Source of the DNA: Catajapyx aquilonaris
Taxonomy: Eukaryota
NCBI GenBank assembly: GCA_000934665.2
Contig: KZ539138.1
Span: 1-32,469, forward strand
Direction: 5' to 3'
Length of the DNA: 32,469 nt
Of this stretch, positions 1-11,002 are shown one piece after another. The stretch's first letter is position 1. Each line of letters opens with the position of its first letter. The translations under genes and the position numbers were made by a program. Under the pieces are notes generated by a model. That model ran no database searches and was not told where the DNA came from. It worked only from the letters and a program-made list of their open reading frames with translations.

Positions 1-97
1 GCGTTTCCGGACACGGGTTCCTATGTCAAAAATATTTGTCTTGGTCCCCTCTATTACCCCTGGAAGTTTGTAAAGTTAGGTCGTAAACACCCTGTAT
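1..97. mobile_element. Right end of a Tc1/mariner-type DNA element (cut by window edge)
   Basis: Ends in CACCCTG-TA, the reverse complement of the TA-CAGGGTG terminus common in Tc1/mariner elements. The partner end is outside the window. Confidence 0.4.
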
Positions 98-113
98 ACG
101 GGTCAATAGTGAA

Positions 114-397
114 CCGAAGCAGTTTGGAGGAGGGGATGTGGTGTCCGACTGCTAATCAGGAGGTCCTGGGTTCGATCCCCGGTACCGGAAACTCTGACCG
201 TGGTTTTATGTGGTTTCCCACGGTCCTTCCAGGAAAATTCCGGAGTTGCTTCCGTAATTAATATAGGCCACAGCAACTTCCTTCCGTCCCTATCCTATCC
301 CAAAGAGCACAGAAAAATGAAAGCAGCAAAGAGTTCCAGGCAAAACAAACTTCCCCCCTAAAGAGCCGATGGCTGATAACGGGGTATGAATTATACG

Positions 398-460
<63 letters not shown>

Positions 461-489
461 GTTATTATTGTTATTATTATTATTATTAT
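114..489 (+). mobile_element. tRNA-derived SINE, family A, with (ATT)n tail
   Basis: tRNA-like head (GACTGCTAAT, B box GGTTCGATCC); body similar to 17517-17773; (ATT)n tail about 398-490; flanking direct repeat TATAC(G/T)GGTCAATAGTGAA at 95-113 and 490-508. Confidence 0.85.
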
Positions 490-490
490 T
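398..490. repeat. (ATT)n microsatellite forming the SINE tail
   Basis: About 30 ATT units with two GTT variants. Confidence 0.95.
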
Positions 491-1679
491 ATACTGGTCA
501 ATAGTGAAAAAGGTGCAATTTCATTTCCAAATAAATAAATAAATGAAAATGTTCAGCAATTACCCCTGGTGTTCCCACAAAAATAACGGCCGAGATCGTA
601 GATTTATATTTCACCTTTTTAAATATAAATTATAAAAATGCTGTATCTACAGCTGTATACTCACAGTTAAGAATAGAGAGTCTACTGGACCTTGACGAAC
701 TAACGTAAGTGTGGCACAGGGTGTAGAACCGAACCAGGTGGCTAGTTAGCACAGTTCGCAACATAACTGTAAGTAATACTTCAAATCGCTTCAAATGCAA
801 TGAAACAAGAAATGTGCAAATTCAGAGTATACTCGAGACCTATCCGTATGCTTACATCTGACAATAAGTAGTGTACAATTATGAGTGCATTAGAAACATG
901 GTATAGATGGTCCAAAACATTCAAATAGGTTATTAAAATAAAATCATATCCTTGAACATCGGCGAATCTAACGGACGTGACGAACTCTGTTTATTCCACA
1001 TAAAACGTGGTAAGTTTAGGTTACAAACTTTTAGTTCAAATGAGCAAGCCCTTTTTACCTAATAGTCCATGTACTTAAGCAAAAATTGAAATATGAACTG
1101 CTTACATTTACCAGGTGCCACAGATGTGACGCACTGATCTCGACACTTCACTAAATCTGACATTTAGAGCAGAATTACACGCCTTCAAGCAACTAAATTA
1201 CTAAACCAACAGGTTTTTGATTCAGCGTCTCACTATGTCTGCATCAGCAAGCAAAAGAGAAAAATCCTGCACATTGCTGCTTCCTGGATGATTTTATAAC
1301 AGTTTTTGTTTTTGTCCACGGACATGACTAGAAATCTTGGGACAAAATTGCTCTTGCAATAAAATCAATGCAATTAGGTACTTCAGGACAAAGAATGCAC
1401 TAGTCGTTACATTCAGTAGGCCTATTCCTGATTTCTCCAGTAGGCCTACTCTAATATAAAAAGTGACATAACATATTATGCCTTGCATAAAAATTGACAA
1501 AACTACGAAAGTGAAGGTTGGGACACGCCACGGACGGGACTTGTCACGCTCTGTGGCCTGAAGAAAAACATGAAATAATTTTCTCATTACATATTTGTTA
1601 TGTGCCCCGTATATTCCGCAAGTTGCTATCTTATTTCTTAGTATGTTATCTGGTTTTCAGATGTTATATTAAGTCCAGA

Positions 1680-1821
1680 TCCGGGGTTGTTTCCGTATAA
1701 TAGGCAACAGCCGCCGCCGCCTCCTACCTTCCCTATCCTTGGCCCCATCCAATGGTGGTACTCCACCCCCCTAATGGAGCACCGATTCTCCCAATGGGGC
1801 ATAAATAAATAAAATAAATAA
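1680..1821 (+). mobile_element. 5'-truncated SINE, family A, with (AAAT)n tail
   Basis: Matches the 3' half of 17517-17773 (CCCATCCAATGGTGGTACTCCACCCCCCTAATGGAGC). Perfect 14-bp TSD ATATTAAGTCCAGA at 1666-1679 and 1822-1835. Confidence 0.9.
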
Positions 1822-1859
1822 ATATTAAGTCCAGAAATTAACTGGGACACGAATTGCAG

Positions 1860-2165
1860 GTTTTTTCACTATTCACCCTGCGCGTTATAATGCGTCGTTT
1901 AAAATTCCGCGCGAATGACAAGCGAGTTCAACTTTCAACATGGCGCTTGCCATTCCGGCAAAGGCTGGATCCGGACTGCATCTCGCTCACGCTCATTTCT
2001 CACTCTTTGAATGAACATAAGCATCAGGAGTGACGTCAGATTTTCAAACAATCTGTTTTGTCGTAGATACAAGAGTCAGGGTGAGACAAGAGGTGACTGG
2101 GAGACTCATTGTTGCCCACGTTTCAAGCAGCGACCTTCGAGAACTAAGGGAAACTCCAACAAACA
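1860..2165 (+). promoter_or_regulatory. Probable PTER promoter / 5' UTR region
   Basis: Local CpG enrichment, YY1-like CAACATGGCG near 1936-1945, CRE palindrome TGACGTCA at 2031-2038, and a candidate acceptor AG at 2065-2066. Confidence 0.4.
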
Positions 2166-5100
2166 ATGGCTGCAGCAAATGCAAGATCCGCTAAAGTCCA
2201 GACAGGTAACGGTTCGCGTAAATTATGAGGACAGACTTTGACCTGGGTTGCATTGGTAAACCTTGAACATGTAATTAAATCTACATGAGTGATGGCAACC
2301 ACTTGTTCTGTGGGTTTACCTTGTTGATGCAACCAAGAGTGATGCAACTAACCATGAGACACTAGAGCTTGGACTGACTCTGGGAGTAATTTTGTGTAAT
2401 TGTTTTTAGAGGGAAGAGATGATTTCACCCCCAATGGGGGGTATATTGCTGGACCTTTATTTAATTTCATTACATTGGAGCCTATAGTTATAACGCTCGG
2501 GCCCAACGGGCGGGATGACAGGAGGGGATGTGCAAAGTGCAAGTGCAATGTCTGAACGTGGTACATTTTGTGAACACCCCTGGGTGGATTTGTCTATTGG
2601 AGATTCCACTATAGACGAAGCCAGAGACGACCGCATAACTCTGCACGAGATGAAGGGGGTAACCCCGGGCTGGGATCGATCCCGGGACCTTAACATCTGT
2701 GGGCGCATACGTTACAGCAGCGCCACTCCGCCTCCCTTCATACACTATACATATAGAGCATAATAAGCCAGCTGATGAAATCATGAGAGGGTCAAAAGTA
2801 TGGGTTGGCAATGCTGGTAGCCTGGGTTCAGTTTTCTGGGTGCTGTGTGAATGGCACACTGGTATCATAGCCAGGGCTGTAAGCAGGTCGTTAGGGTGTG
2901 TTTACATGTGAGCAATTTTACAAGCGAAGTCTTCGCCGAGGCTGAGTAACCCAAGTAACCAATATTGTTTGTGGTCAATCAATTCGTGGGCTGAGAATCA
3001 TCTTCGGTTAACTCCACTTTTTAATTTTTTTCAGGAGAGTCATTTACATATTCAGAACTGAATAATTCTGTCACTTGTGGACTTGAACGAAACTGTTTCC
3101 AACTCTCAGAAGGTTTATGATGCCATTATTACAACCTACGTTGGGTGGATATGAACGAACATAACACATCCAATGTCAATCCGCTGTTGGCTCGATTGCA
3201 TTGAAAAATGGAGATAACAAAGATGATTCTCAGTCCGCGAATTGTGAATTTCAGCCTTGGCGAAGATTGCGCTGATCAAATCGCTCACATGTAAACGCAC
3301 CTTTACATGTGGATGTTGTATTTTCAATTAGGTTGTTAAGTTATTGAACTTGTGTTTCAGTATTGGGCTTGATTGAACCATGCCAGCTGGGTCGAACATT
3401 GACCCATGAACATCTGTCTATGGTCTTTGATGTGGTATTTACGGAGCCAGAGCCTTGCTACAGAGACAATGTACATTGCCCATTTGAACTGGAAAATGTA
3501 GGCTGGATTAGACGATATCCGTAAGTCATTGCGTATTAACTTGTAATAGCAGAGTGTATTAAAGTAGCATTATTTTGTCTTTTTACAGATACAGTCACAG
3601 ACTGAATCTGAAGTTTAATGATGATGCGACTCATGCAGCTGTTGAAAAAGAGTTGCTGCATTTCAGCAAGAATGGAGGAGGAACCATTGTGGAAAACACG
3701 ACATGTGGCATTGAACGGAATGCGAGACTGTTAGAACAACTCAGCCAGAAGACAGGAATTAACATAATTGCTGGCACAGGTCTTGAAAAATTGTAGCACT
3801 TACTTTCCAAGCTTGATTGACTAAATTTCAGGCTTTTACATTGCATCATCTCAAATGGAAAGCACACTTTCCCAGACAACTGAGCAGTTGTGCAAACTTA
3901 TGACTGACGAAATTAATTATGGTTGTGTGGATTACAAGGCAGTTAAATGTGGTTTGATTGGTGAGATTGGATGTAGCTGGCCATTGCATGGTGAGGGATT
4001 GGATTGTTGCTTGTGCAGTTGTAGTAAGATGTTTGTGCGTCACAACATTTCTGTACTACAGATTTTGAGCGGAAAGTAATTAAAGCAGCAGCAGAAGCTC
4101 AGGCAGCTACTGGGTGCCCTGTTAGTTTTCACCCTGGACGAAATCACCAAGCACCTTTTGAAATAATACGTGTGTTTCAAGAAGCTGGTGGTGATGTTCA
4201 GAAGACTATAATGTCCCATATAGAACGTGAGTAATGCAGAATTTGTACATGAAACAGACTAAACAAATTGTACATTTTAGGAACAATATTTGACAAGGCT
4301 GAACTCTTGGATTTTGCTAAAATGGGTACCTACTGTCAGCTTGATTTATTTGGTACTGAATGTTCCCATTACCAACTGGATGAAAAGATTGACATGCCAT
4401 CTGATGCGCAGAGGGTGCAAACAGTGAAAATGCTGGTGGAGGAAGGATATGAGGACAGGGTTCTCTTGTCACATGACATTCACACCAAGCATCGTTTGGT
4501 ATGTTTTGCATGGTTTTCACTTTTTTCCTAATACTGGGAGTTTATTCTACATCTAAGGAGAGATGTGGGGAAAAATAAACTTAATTTTTAGCTGTAGTCA
4601 GAGATGATTGCAAGGTAGATGTGCCAGTCCCAAGCATAAAGTTGGAGGATAAAGGAGGAACGGAAAGCCCTCCCCTGCGGCAGGGCGGTCTGCCAATCCC
4701 CGCCATTACGGTATCAAATTTACTGTTATAAATTCACAAACACATGCCTAAAGCAGCTAACTTGGCCCAAAAAGAGTCCATTAATTTGAGTCGTATAAAG
4801 GCAGGTCAGAGAAGGCACACAGTGTCTCCAACTTTATGCTCGTGGCTGTACTCATATGTTCTGCGTGGGATGAAACTTTTTTTTGTTCTGCATGACATCT
4901 GAGAAAAAATGCTACACTGATACTTATTGAGGATATAAATGAAGTGAAACCTGCTGTAACAAAAACCGAGTAAAGTAGAGTAGAAAGAAGTAGCATTTGG
5001 TGTTTTTGTTTGGTACTTGGGGAGGTTTTTGAATATGGCATATTTCTTTTTCACCTAATGCAACCTGTTCAGAAAGGAAAATCATGGCACAGAATGGTAA

Positions 5101-5339
5101 TGTTCTCTACAGATTTCACATATACTGCATTACAATTCATATACAGTAAGCTATATTGGCTATATTAAGGCGTTGATGGCATTATAATGTTTCAGTTGCA
5201 GTTTGGTGGGCATGGATATTCACACATATATCTGAATGTTCTCCCAAAGATGATCAAGAGAGGAATTAGCCAATCTACAATTGACAAGATCACAATTGAT
5301 AATCCAAAGCATTGCCTCACTTTTAAAGGAGGCAAATAA
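2166..5339 (+). CDS. PTER: Phosphotriesterase-related protein (amidohydrolase superfamily), about 358 aa, 7 exons
   Basis: Exons 2166-2205, 3361-3520, 3589-3779, 3832-3990, 4062-4226, 4281-4498, 5196-5339; all GT-AG, 1077 nt in frame. Motifs [43 protein letters not shown] and FGGHGYSHI; metal-ligand residues look intact. Confidence 0.95.
2423..2736 (-). mobile_element. tRNA-derived SINE, family B (PTER intron 1)
   Basis: Minus-strand head GGGAGGCGGAGTGGCGC...GGATCGATCCC. Closely similar to 15083-15425; other copies near 11370-11657 and 24110-24390. Confidence 0.85.
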
Positions 5340-5666
5340 ATGAAGTTGCAAAATTGGGTGATGGTAAGCACTAGTAAATAACGATTAGAAGTTTATTAGC
5401 ACATAGCTGAAGGTGCATGCTAGATATGTCTGTATAGTTTGTTGAAAGATAATAAATATGAAGGACTTCGGTCCTTCTTGAATAATTGATCTGGCAACTT
5501 TGTCAAGGTCACATATGGTTTCTCTCCCACTGCCTGATAAGGAAGGACAAACAAGGGACAGTAAGTACAATATCAATGTATTAACTCAGCATTTGGCCTC
5601 ACTATCAAGCAGGCAGCTTTGCTTTCCATGAGTTGTTGAGTTACTACTTTTTGTGCTCAGTTAGAT

Positions 5667-7333
5667 ATGGCGATGAAAGTTGGTGTCCTAGGGGCTGGTG
5701 TTGTTGGCCTTAATACAGCTTTAAAACTCCAAGATGAGTATCCCCAGTGTGAAATCGACATCATTGCTGACAAATTCATGAAAATGACTCTTAGTGATGG
5801 AGCAGCTGGAATTTTCCGACCTGACGCTACCTTTCGTGGACCTACTCCGGATATTACCATGTATGATATACGGTATTTTAAACATGTTGAATACCAAAAC
5901 TGATATTGATTGTTACAGGAAATGGATGTCCGATGCTTATAATTATTATCAAGATATTCTGCAATCTTCTGATGCAGTCAGTGCTGGCGTTAAGGAAGTC
6001 TCAGTGTATATGCTTGCACACCAACTGGCACATCTTGTGCAGGTATTGTTGGCTGCATTGTGCAAGTGAGCTGCACTAATTGTTTTCTTGTAGAACAAGT
6101 TCTTGGAAAATCTCTGCCCCAATTTTCGCCCGATGACAAGTCAAGAACTGAAAATTTGTCCTGGTGATTGGAATCATGGATCATTCTACACAACAATGGT
6201 GATTGGTTGCCCTCACTATCTGCCATGGGCTACACGAAAGTAAGGCTTTGTTATTGATATTGATTGGCCCACAGGGAGCTATTCAGCCCAGTAGGATTAT
6301 TTGCCTTATATCCAGATATTTCTGTTGCCAAAAGAAAAGGAATTAAATCACATTTTAAAGGATTTTTAATGCCCCTCCCACATAATTAATTAGTGGGGCT
6401 TGCCACCAAATTTTCACTGGGTAGATGAGTTTTCATGCATGCACCATTTTTTCCTATTGTTTTTGCCATGCTGTCAGTTTAGCTAATTTGTGAAATAGCT
6501 TTTAATGCATGTGATTTCAACTATACTAAATTTTCCTTTCTGAAGGACCTACAAAATGTTGTCTGTTTCTGCATTAGGCAGGTTCTATTACATCTGACAA
6601 AAATTCATGGGAAATCCTAACTCACTGCTGGGACCAGATAATTTTTTCGCAGTAGACAAGTTTCCACTATGTCCAGATCCTCATATAGAGAAGTGTAACT
6701 CTAATTTCATTTCAGATTTTGTCATCGAGGGGGAAGAATCATGAACAAGATAGTAGATGACCTGGTGGACTTGGCTAGCCACTATGATGTCCTGTTCAAT
6801 TGCTCAGGATTTAATGCACGGTACCTTTGTCATGATGAGCAGGTCATTCCACTCAAGGGACAGATCATCAAAGTCAAAGCACCCTGGATTAAAATGGCAT
6901 ATTATGCTGACTCTGACACATATATTATTCCTGGCATGGACCACGTTTCTTTGGGAGGATGCCGTCTCTGGGGTAACTACATACCTGGAGAAGATTTGCA
7001 TATGGCCCGCTCCATATGGGACAGATGCACAACATTGGTACCAAGCTTGTCAAAGGCAGAGATAGTGGAACACTGGTGTGGATTCAGACCCTTCAGGCAC
7101 ATTGTACGAGTAGAGAAGGAGGCAATCTACAATGATGGGAAGATGGTGAAGGTGAGTGATTTCTGTGAAGCCTAATTCTAACTTGTAATAAGCTTGAGTT
7201 TTAGATTGTGCATAACTACGGCCATGGAGGATTTGGAGTGACGACTTCTCCAGGCACCGCCAGTTATGCAGTGAAGCTGCTAGGTGAAATGCTTCATGGC
7301 AACTATGAGAATCCAGTTCAGACCAAGTTGTGA
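5667..7333 (+). CDS. DDO: D-aspartate oxidase / D-amino-acid oxidase family flavoenzyme, about 342 aa, 5 exons
   Basis: Exons 5667-5860, 5919-6042, 6094-6239, 6716-7151, 7205-7333 (1029 nt). GAGVVG FAD-binding motif, SDGAAG, NCSG, KGQI, YIIPG, GFRP, HNYGHGGFG, and C-terminal TKL (PTS1-like). DDO versus DAO specificity cannot be settled by eye. The start may extend upstream to 5340 (see findings). Confidence 0.92.
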
Positions 7334-7409
7334 TCATTCCAGTCAACTCTGATTATATTTACATGTGTGCGCCGTTCAGCTTGTATTCAGGGCAGAAGCC
7401 CCTAACAGC

Positions 7410-7415
7410 AATAAA
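7410..7415 (+). terminator. Candidate poly(A) signal for DDO
   Basis: AATAAA about 76 nt after the stop codon. Confidence 0.5.
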
Positions 7416-8928
7416 TGATAACAGCAACAACACTCCATGCCTGTTTTATTTGGAGAAGTAATAGCAAAGGAACAGCTTACATGAACATTAATCTTCCTCT
7501 CCCAAGCCCCCTTAGACTGGGCCATAGTGGAGGTGGGCTGGAATTGTGCCTACTTCTGTACTTCATCAGGATCACGTCCTAAGCATGCCTGCACTTGAAT
7601 GTAACTGCACCTAATAGGCCTATTTGTTTATTAGCTGGTATAGTGTAAGACTGTAAGGAGTTAGTGCAAGTGACCAGCGAGCATAGTGAAATGATGTTCT
7701 GGTGTAAGTCAGTGTATGGAAAGCCCTCAATGATGCTTATTTCCAAGCTTGTAGTCAGTGCTGCACTGATGTAACGCCATGACTAACCAGCTGATAAATG
7801 AATCTATTTCAAATCTTGGGCATACAAGAGAAACCCAATAAGCCAGATTTAGGCAGTTTTTAAATGCAACTACATTCACATTTGTAAAATACCCGATAGC
7901 CTGGTGAAGTCAATTTAGTCATAATGAGCCAGCTAGCCAGGATTTTCTGCATTATCTTCCATGTATTAGTACAAGTACAAATCTTTGCTGCGGATTACCT
8001 ATCTTGAAACTGGATTTTTGTACTCCAATGGGTTTCTCTTCTATGTCTGTGTATGTCTCACTAAGCAAGCTATTCTGATGTGAAACATGGGGCTTTTGTT
8101 CACTTCTTGCTGCAGACATGCTATGGTTGGGCAAAGACTGGGATTGCTGGATGATTGTGTGGAAGGGAAGTAAGGTTTCTGTGGTGACTGGCAGTGGGGG
8201 AGGAGAGATGGAGAATTTAGATAATATGAAATTGCTCAGATGCGTCTTATCAGGGCTTGACTCTTACCTTGCTGTTTCATTTTTCAACATTGTGAAAAAC
8301 AACTGGTGTATTGTCCAGGCAAGTAATATATGCATTTTACTCCCCCTGAACAGTTTTATTGACTCCTGTTTTAGAGGGCACAAAAATACAAGGCATCACT
8401 ATTGAAATAAACCATAGAACTTAAATATGTGTCCGCTGACCCTTTGTCTCAGGGCATTACTGCAGTCCTGTGTAATAGTCACATGCTGTGACTGGTCCAG
8501 TGGCAAGCAAATGGTCCCATTGAGATAAGTAGCTTATACATTTGCTATGGCCAAACTGCCAGCAGGTGAAGTGACCTGATCACTGCTCCACTTGAAGCCA
8601 AAGCTTAAGTAACTGAATGGCAACAATCACAAGAGGTACTAATGAAAGTGGCAACTGCTGCTGCAAGGGAAAAATGCTTCCCAATATACTTAGGTAGCAA
8701 TATTTTTGAACCTGCACCTGATCTTTTCACGGATACAGCTGTGGAAACATGGAAGTGACATTTGGGATGTAAGGATTCAGGTACTCTGGGAAAAGGCAAT
8801 TGATTGCAACGACGACAATGTGCAATTATATGAGTGCAACACACAATGACAAAACATGGCCCTCAGCCCACAAGTATCCTTGCGCATTGCAAATAGGAAT
8901 ACTGAACTGGAACCAACACAACAGCATG

Positions 8929-9513
8929 TTACTGAAGTTTTCGAATTTTCCGTGTCTTGGTCCCAGGAGCCACTTTGGATTGATTCATCAGCAGCAATCC
9001 AAAGAGGATGAGAAGTGTTCCAATCCACCACATGACAAGTAATGCCTCTTCAAACAGCACCTGACCAAAAATTGCCTGTAAGAAAATGGATTTAGAAGAT
9101 AAATCGATTGATAAGCTTACAATTAGAATATTTGTAATGTGACGCACGGTGAAAAAAAAATTGGCCGCCATGTTGGTTACAGTGGCCTCCAGTGATGTGT
9201 TGCAAAATCGCAACGCTTTCACAAATGTGGTCCACATCCATGAGTTGACAAGCAGCATAAATATCCCAAACGTAATCCTTATGTAGTTGATAACCTGCAA
9301 TGGCCATGACATGAGCCAAGTGAATGGTGATGCATGATAACAACTAATAACATCTACCTTTCTGCAAGTCTTGATGTCATCTCCAACATTCATGTTGCGA
9401 TATGTTGACTCGCAAAGCCATTCAGCTTCACTCTCTGCCATAGCAAACTTTCCACAGAGGCTGGCCACAGCAGCCAGAAGCCCTGAGGCAACAGCATATA
9501 CTTGACCTTTCAT
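8929..9513 (-). CDS. TMEM42: Transmembrane protein 42 (EamA/DMT-like small membrane protein), about 149 aa, 3 coding exons
   Basis: Exons 9513-9358, 9294-9148, 9075-8929; Kozak-like ACCACCATG with an acceptor just upstream. Motifs ASGLLAAVASLCGKFA, NSWMWTTFVKAL, ATVTNMAANFFFTAIFG and FEE...WWIG. Confidence 0.9.
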   Translation of the reverse strand: MKGQVYAVASGLLAAVASLCGKFAMAESEAEWLCESTYRNMNVGDDIKTCRKVDVISCYHASPFTWLMSWPLQVINYIRITFGIFMLLVNSWMWTTFVKALRFCNTSLEATVTNMAANFFFTVRHITNILIVSLSIDLSSKSIFLQAIFGQVLFEEALLVMWWIGTLLILFGLLLMNQSKVAPGTKTRKIRKLQ

Positions 9514-9615
9514 GGTGGTCCCATTACCCTGAAATTCAATGGTGAAAACAATTTTAGTTATAATCCTGTATAAGGGCAGCCCTGCTCTGTGGCTGCAAGG
9601 AAACATTCCATTGTG

Positions 9616-9768
9616 CAGGTTGCGCTGGCTCCCGGAAATTTGCCTCGCTGAAGAAGAGCCCGGTTAGATTGTTATTCATTGTTGTCAACATTTCTGTCAA
9701 GAATGAATAACAAACTATCCTGGCGCTTCTTCGGCCAGACAAATTTTCCGGGAGATGGTGCAACCCGG
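9616..9768. mobile_element. Short palindromic MITE, hAT-like ends
   Basis: Imperfect hairpin: CAGGTTGC..CTCCCGGAAATTTG..TTGTTATTCATT pairs with AATGAATAACAA..TTTCCGGGAG..GCAACCCGG. Degenerate 8-bp flanks CCATTGTG / CCATAGTC. Confidence 0.6.
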
Positions 9769-11002
9769 CCATAGTCTCTATTGGGCGATATTCCTACATT
9801 CTACTTTTGGAGTGTACATCTTATGCTTAACGGTATGTGCACATTAAACAAAAATACATACTACACATATTTGACAGTAGTTATAACTGAGAGTCGGAAA
9901 TCAGGCAATAGGTAACAGCTGACAAATACAAAGATAAATCACACTATAGTTACTAGCTAATGTGTAATTAAATATTGTAAATATATCACCCCTTTCTCAA
10001 TCTGACATAATGATCAAGTTTGGCGAAACAAGAAACACTCCCTAAATACTCATTGGACAAATTCCTAGCAAGCATATGTTCATTCCAACCGTCACTGCAA
10101 TAGACTGACAACCGCTGTAAAATATTACACCTACAGCTACAGTCATACAGAATCACGTGTACTTTGACACACCAAACATTACACCTATCAGCAACAGAAA
10201 TGTGTTGTCAAAGCTTGAACACTCCCATCCTCATGTTAACGTGAACTATTCTGCTCACTACTACTGAGCATGCAATAGTTTCTCTACTGAATAGCGATAT
10301 GAGTAATAGAGCTTTTAGGTAGCCCCAAACCAAGACAAGAACTACAAACCATGCATTGGCAAGAAGAAGTCACCTCCGTCCACTGGTGATTTACAGTGGC
10401 GCCCTGATTTCCTCAACTTTTTTTTGACGATTTCTGATCTCCCCACATGATGGCTCTGTCCCTTATTCTTTTTTCCACAGCGTTCCAGAAATTCCACATA
10501 AGTAGGTTATTAACTCAATTAAATGCGAATATCAAAATAAATGTTTTGGCATTCCGACACCCATGTTTCCGATGAATTGGTGAATTTGCTGTCCTCAAAA
10601 ACTTGACGGATGCACGCGTACTATCGGCTACTTTTGTATAACAGCGATATGTTTATCAGTTACCATACAACAGCTAATTAGCGCATTAACTATGCACTTA
10701 TGAGCTATCTCAGTTAATGCTACAACCGGCTACAACAGGGCTTATAATAGGTTCACTCATATATGTGTTGACGCATATCTCAGCTAGTTTATTCTATTGT
10801 CTTAGAGCAAAATCGAACAAAAAAACCAGTTCGATTTAACGTCGTAGAGAAGGAACAATGATTAACTGCTATTCTCCTCTGCTTCCACATTAGTTACTTA
10901 CAAGTAGCGGCTAGTTATAGCTAATATGCTACGCTATTTCTTGACTGATGGGGCTGCTGCAGCGCCAGTGATTGAGTGAAGCACTTGCGTGCTACAGGAA
11001 GA

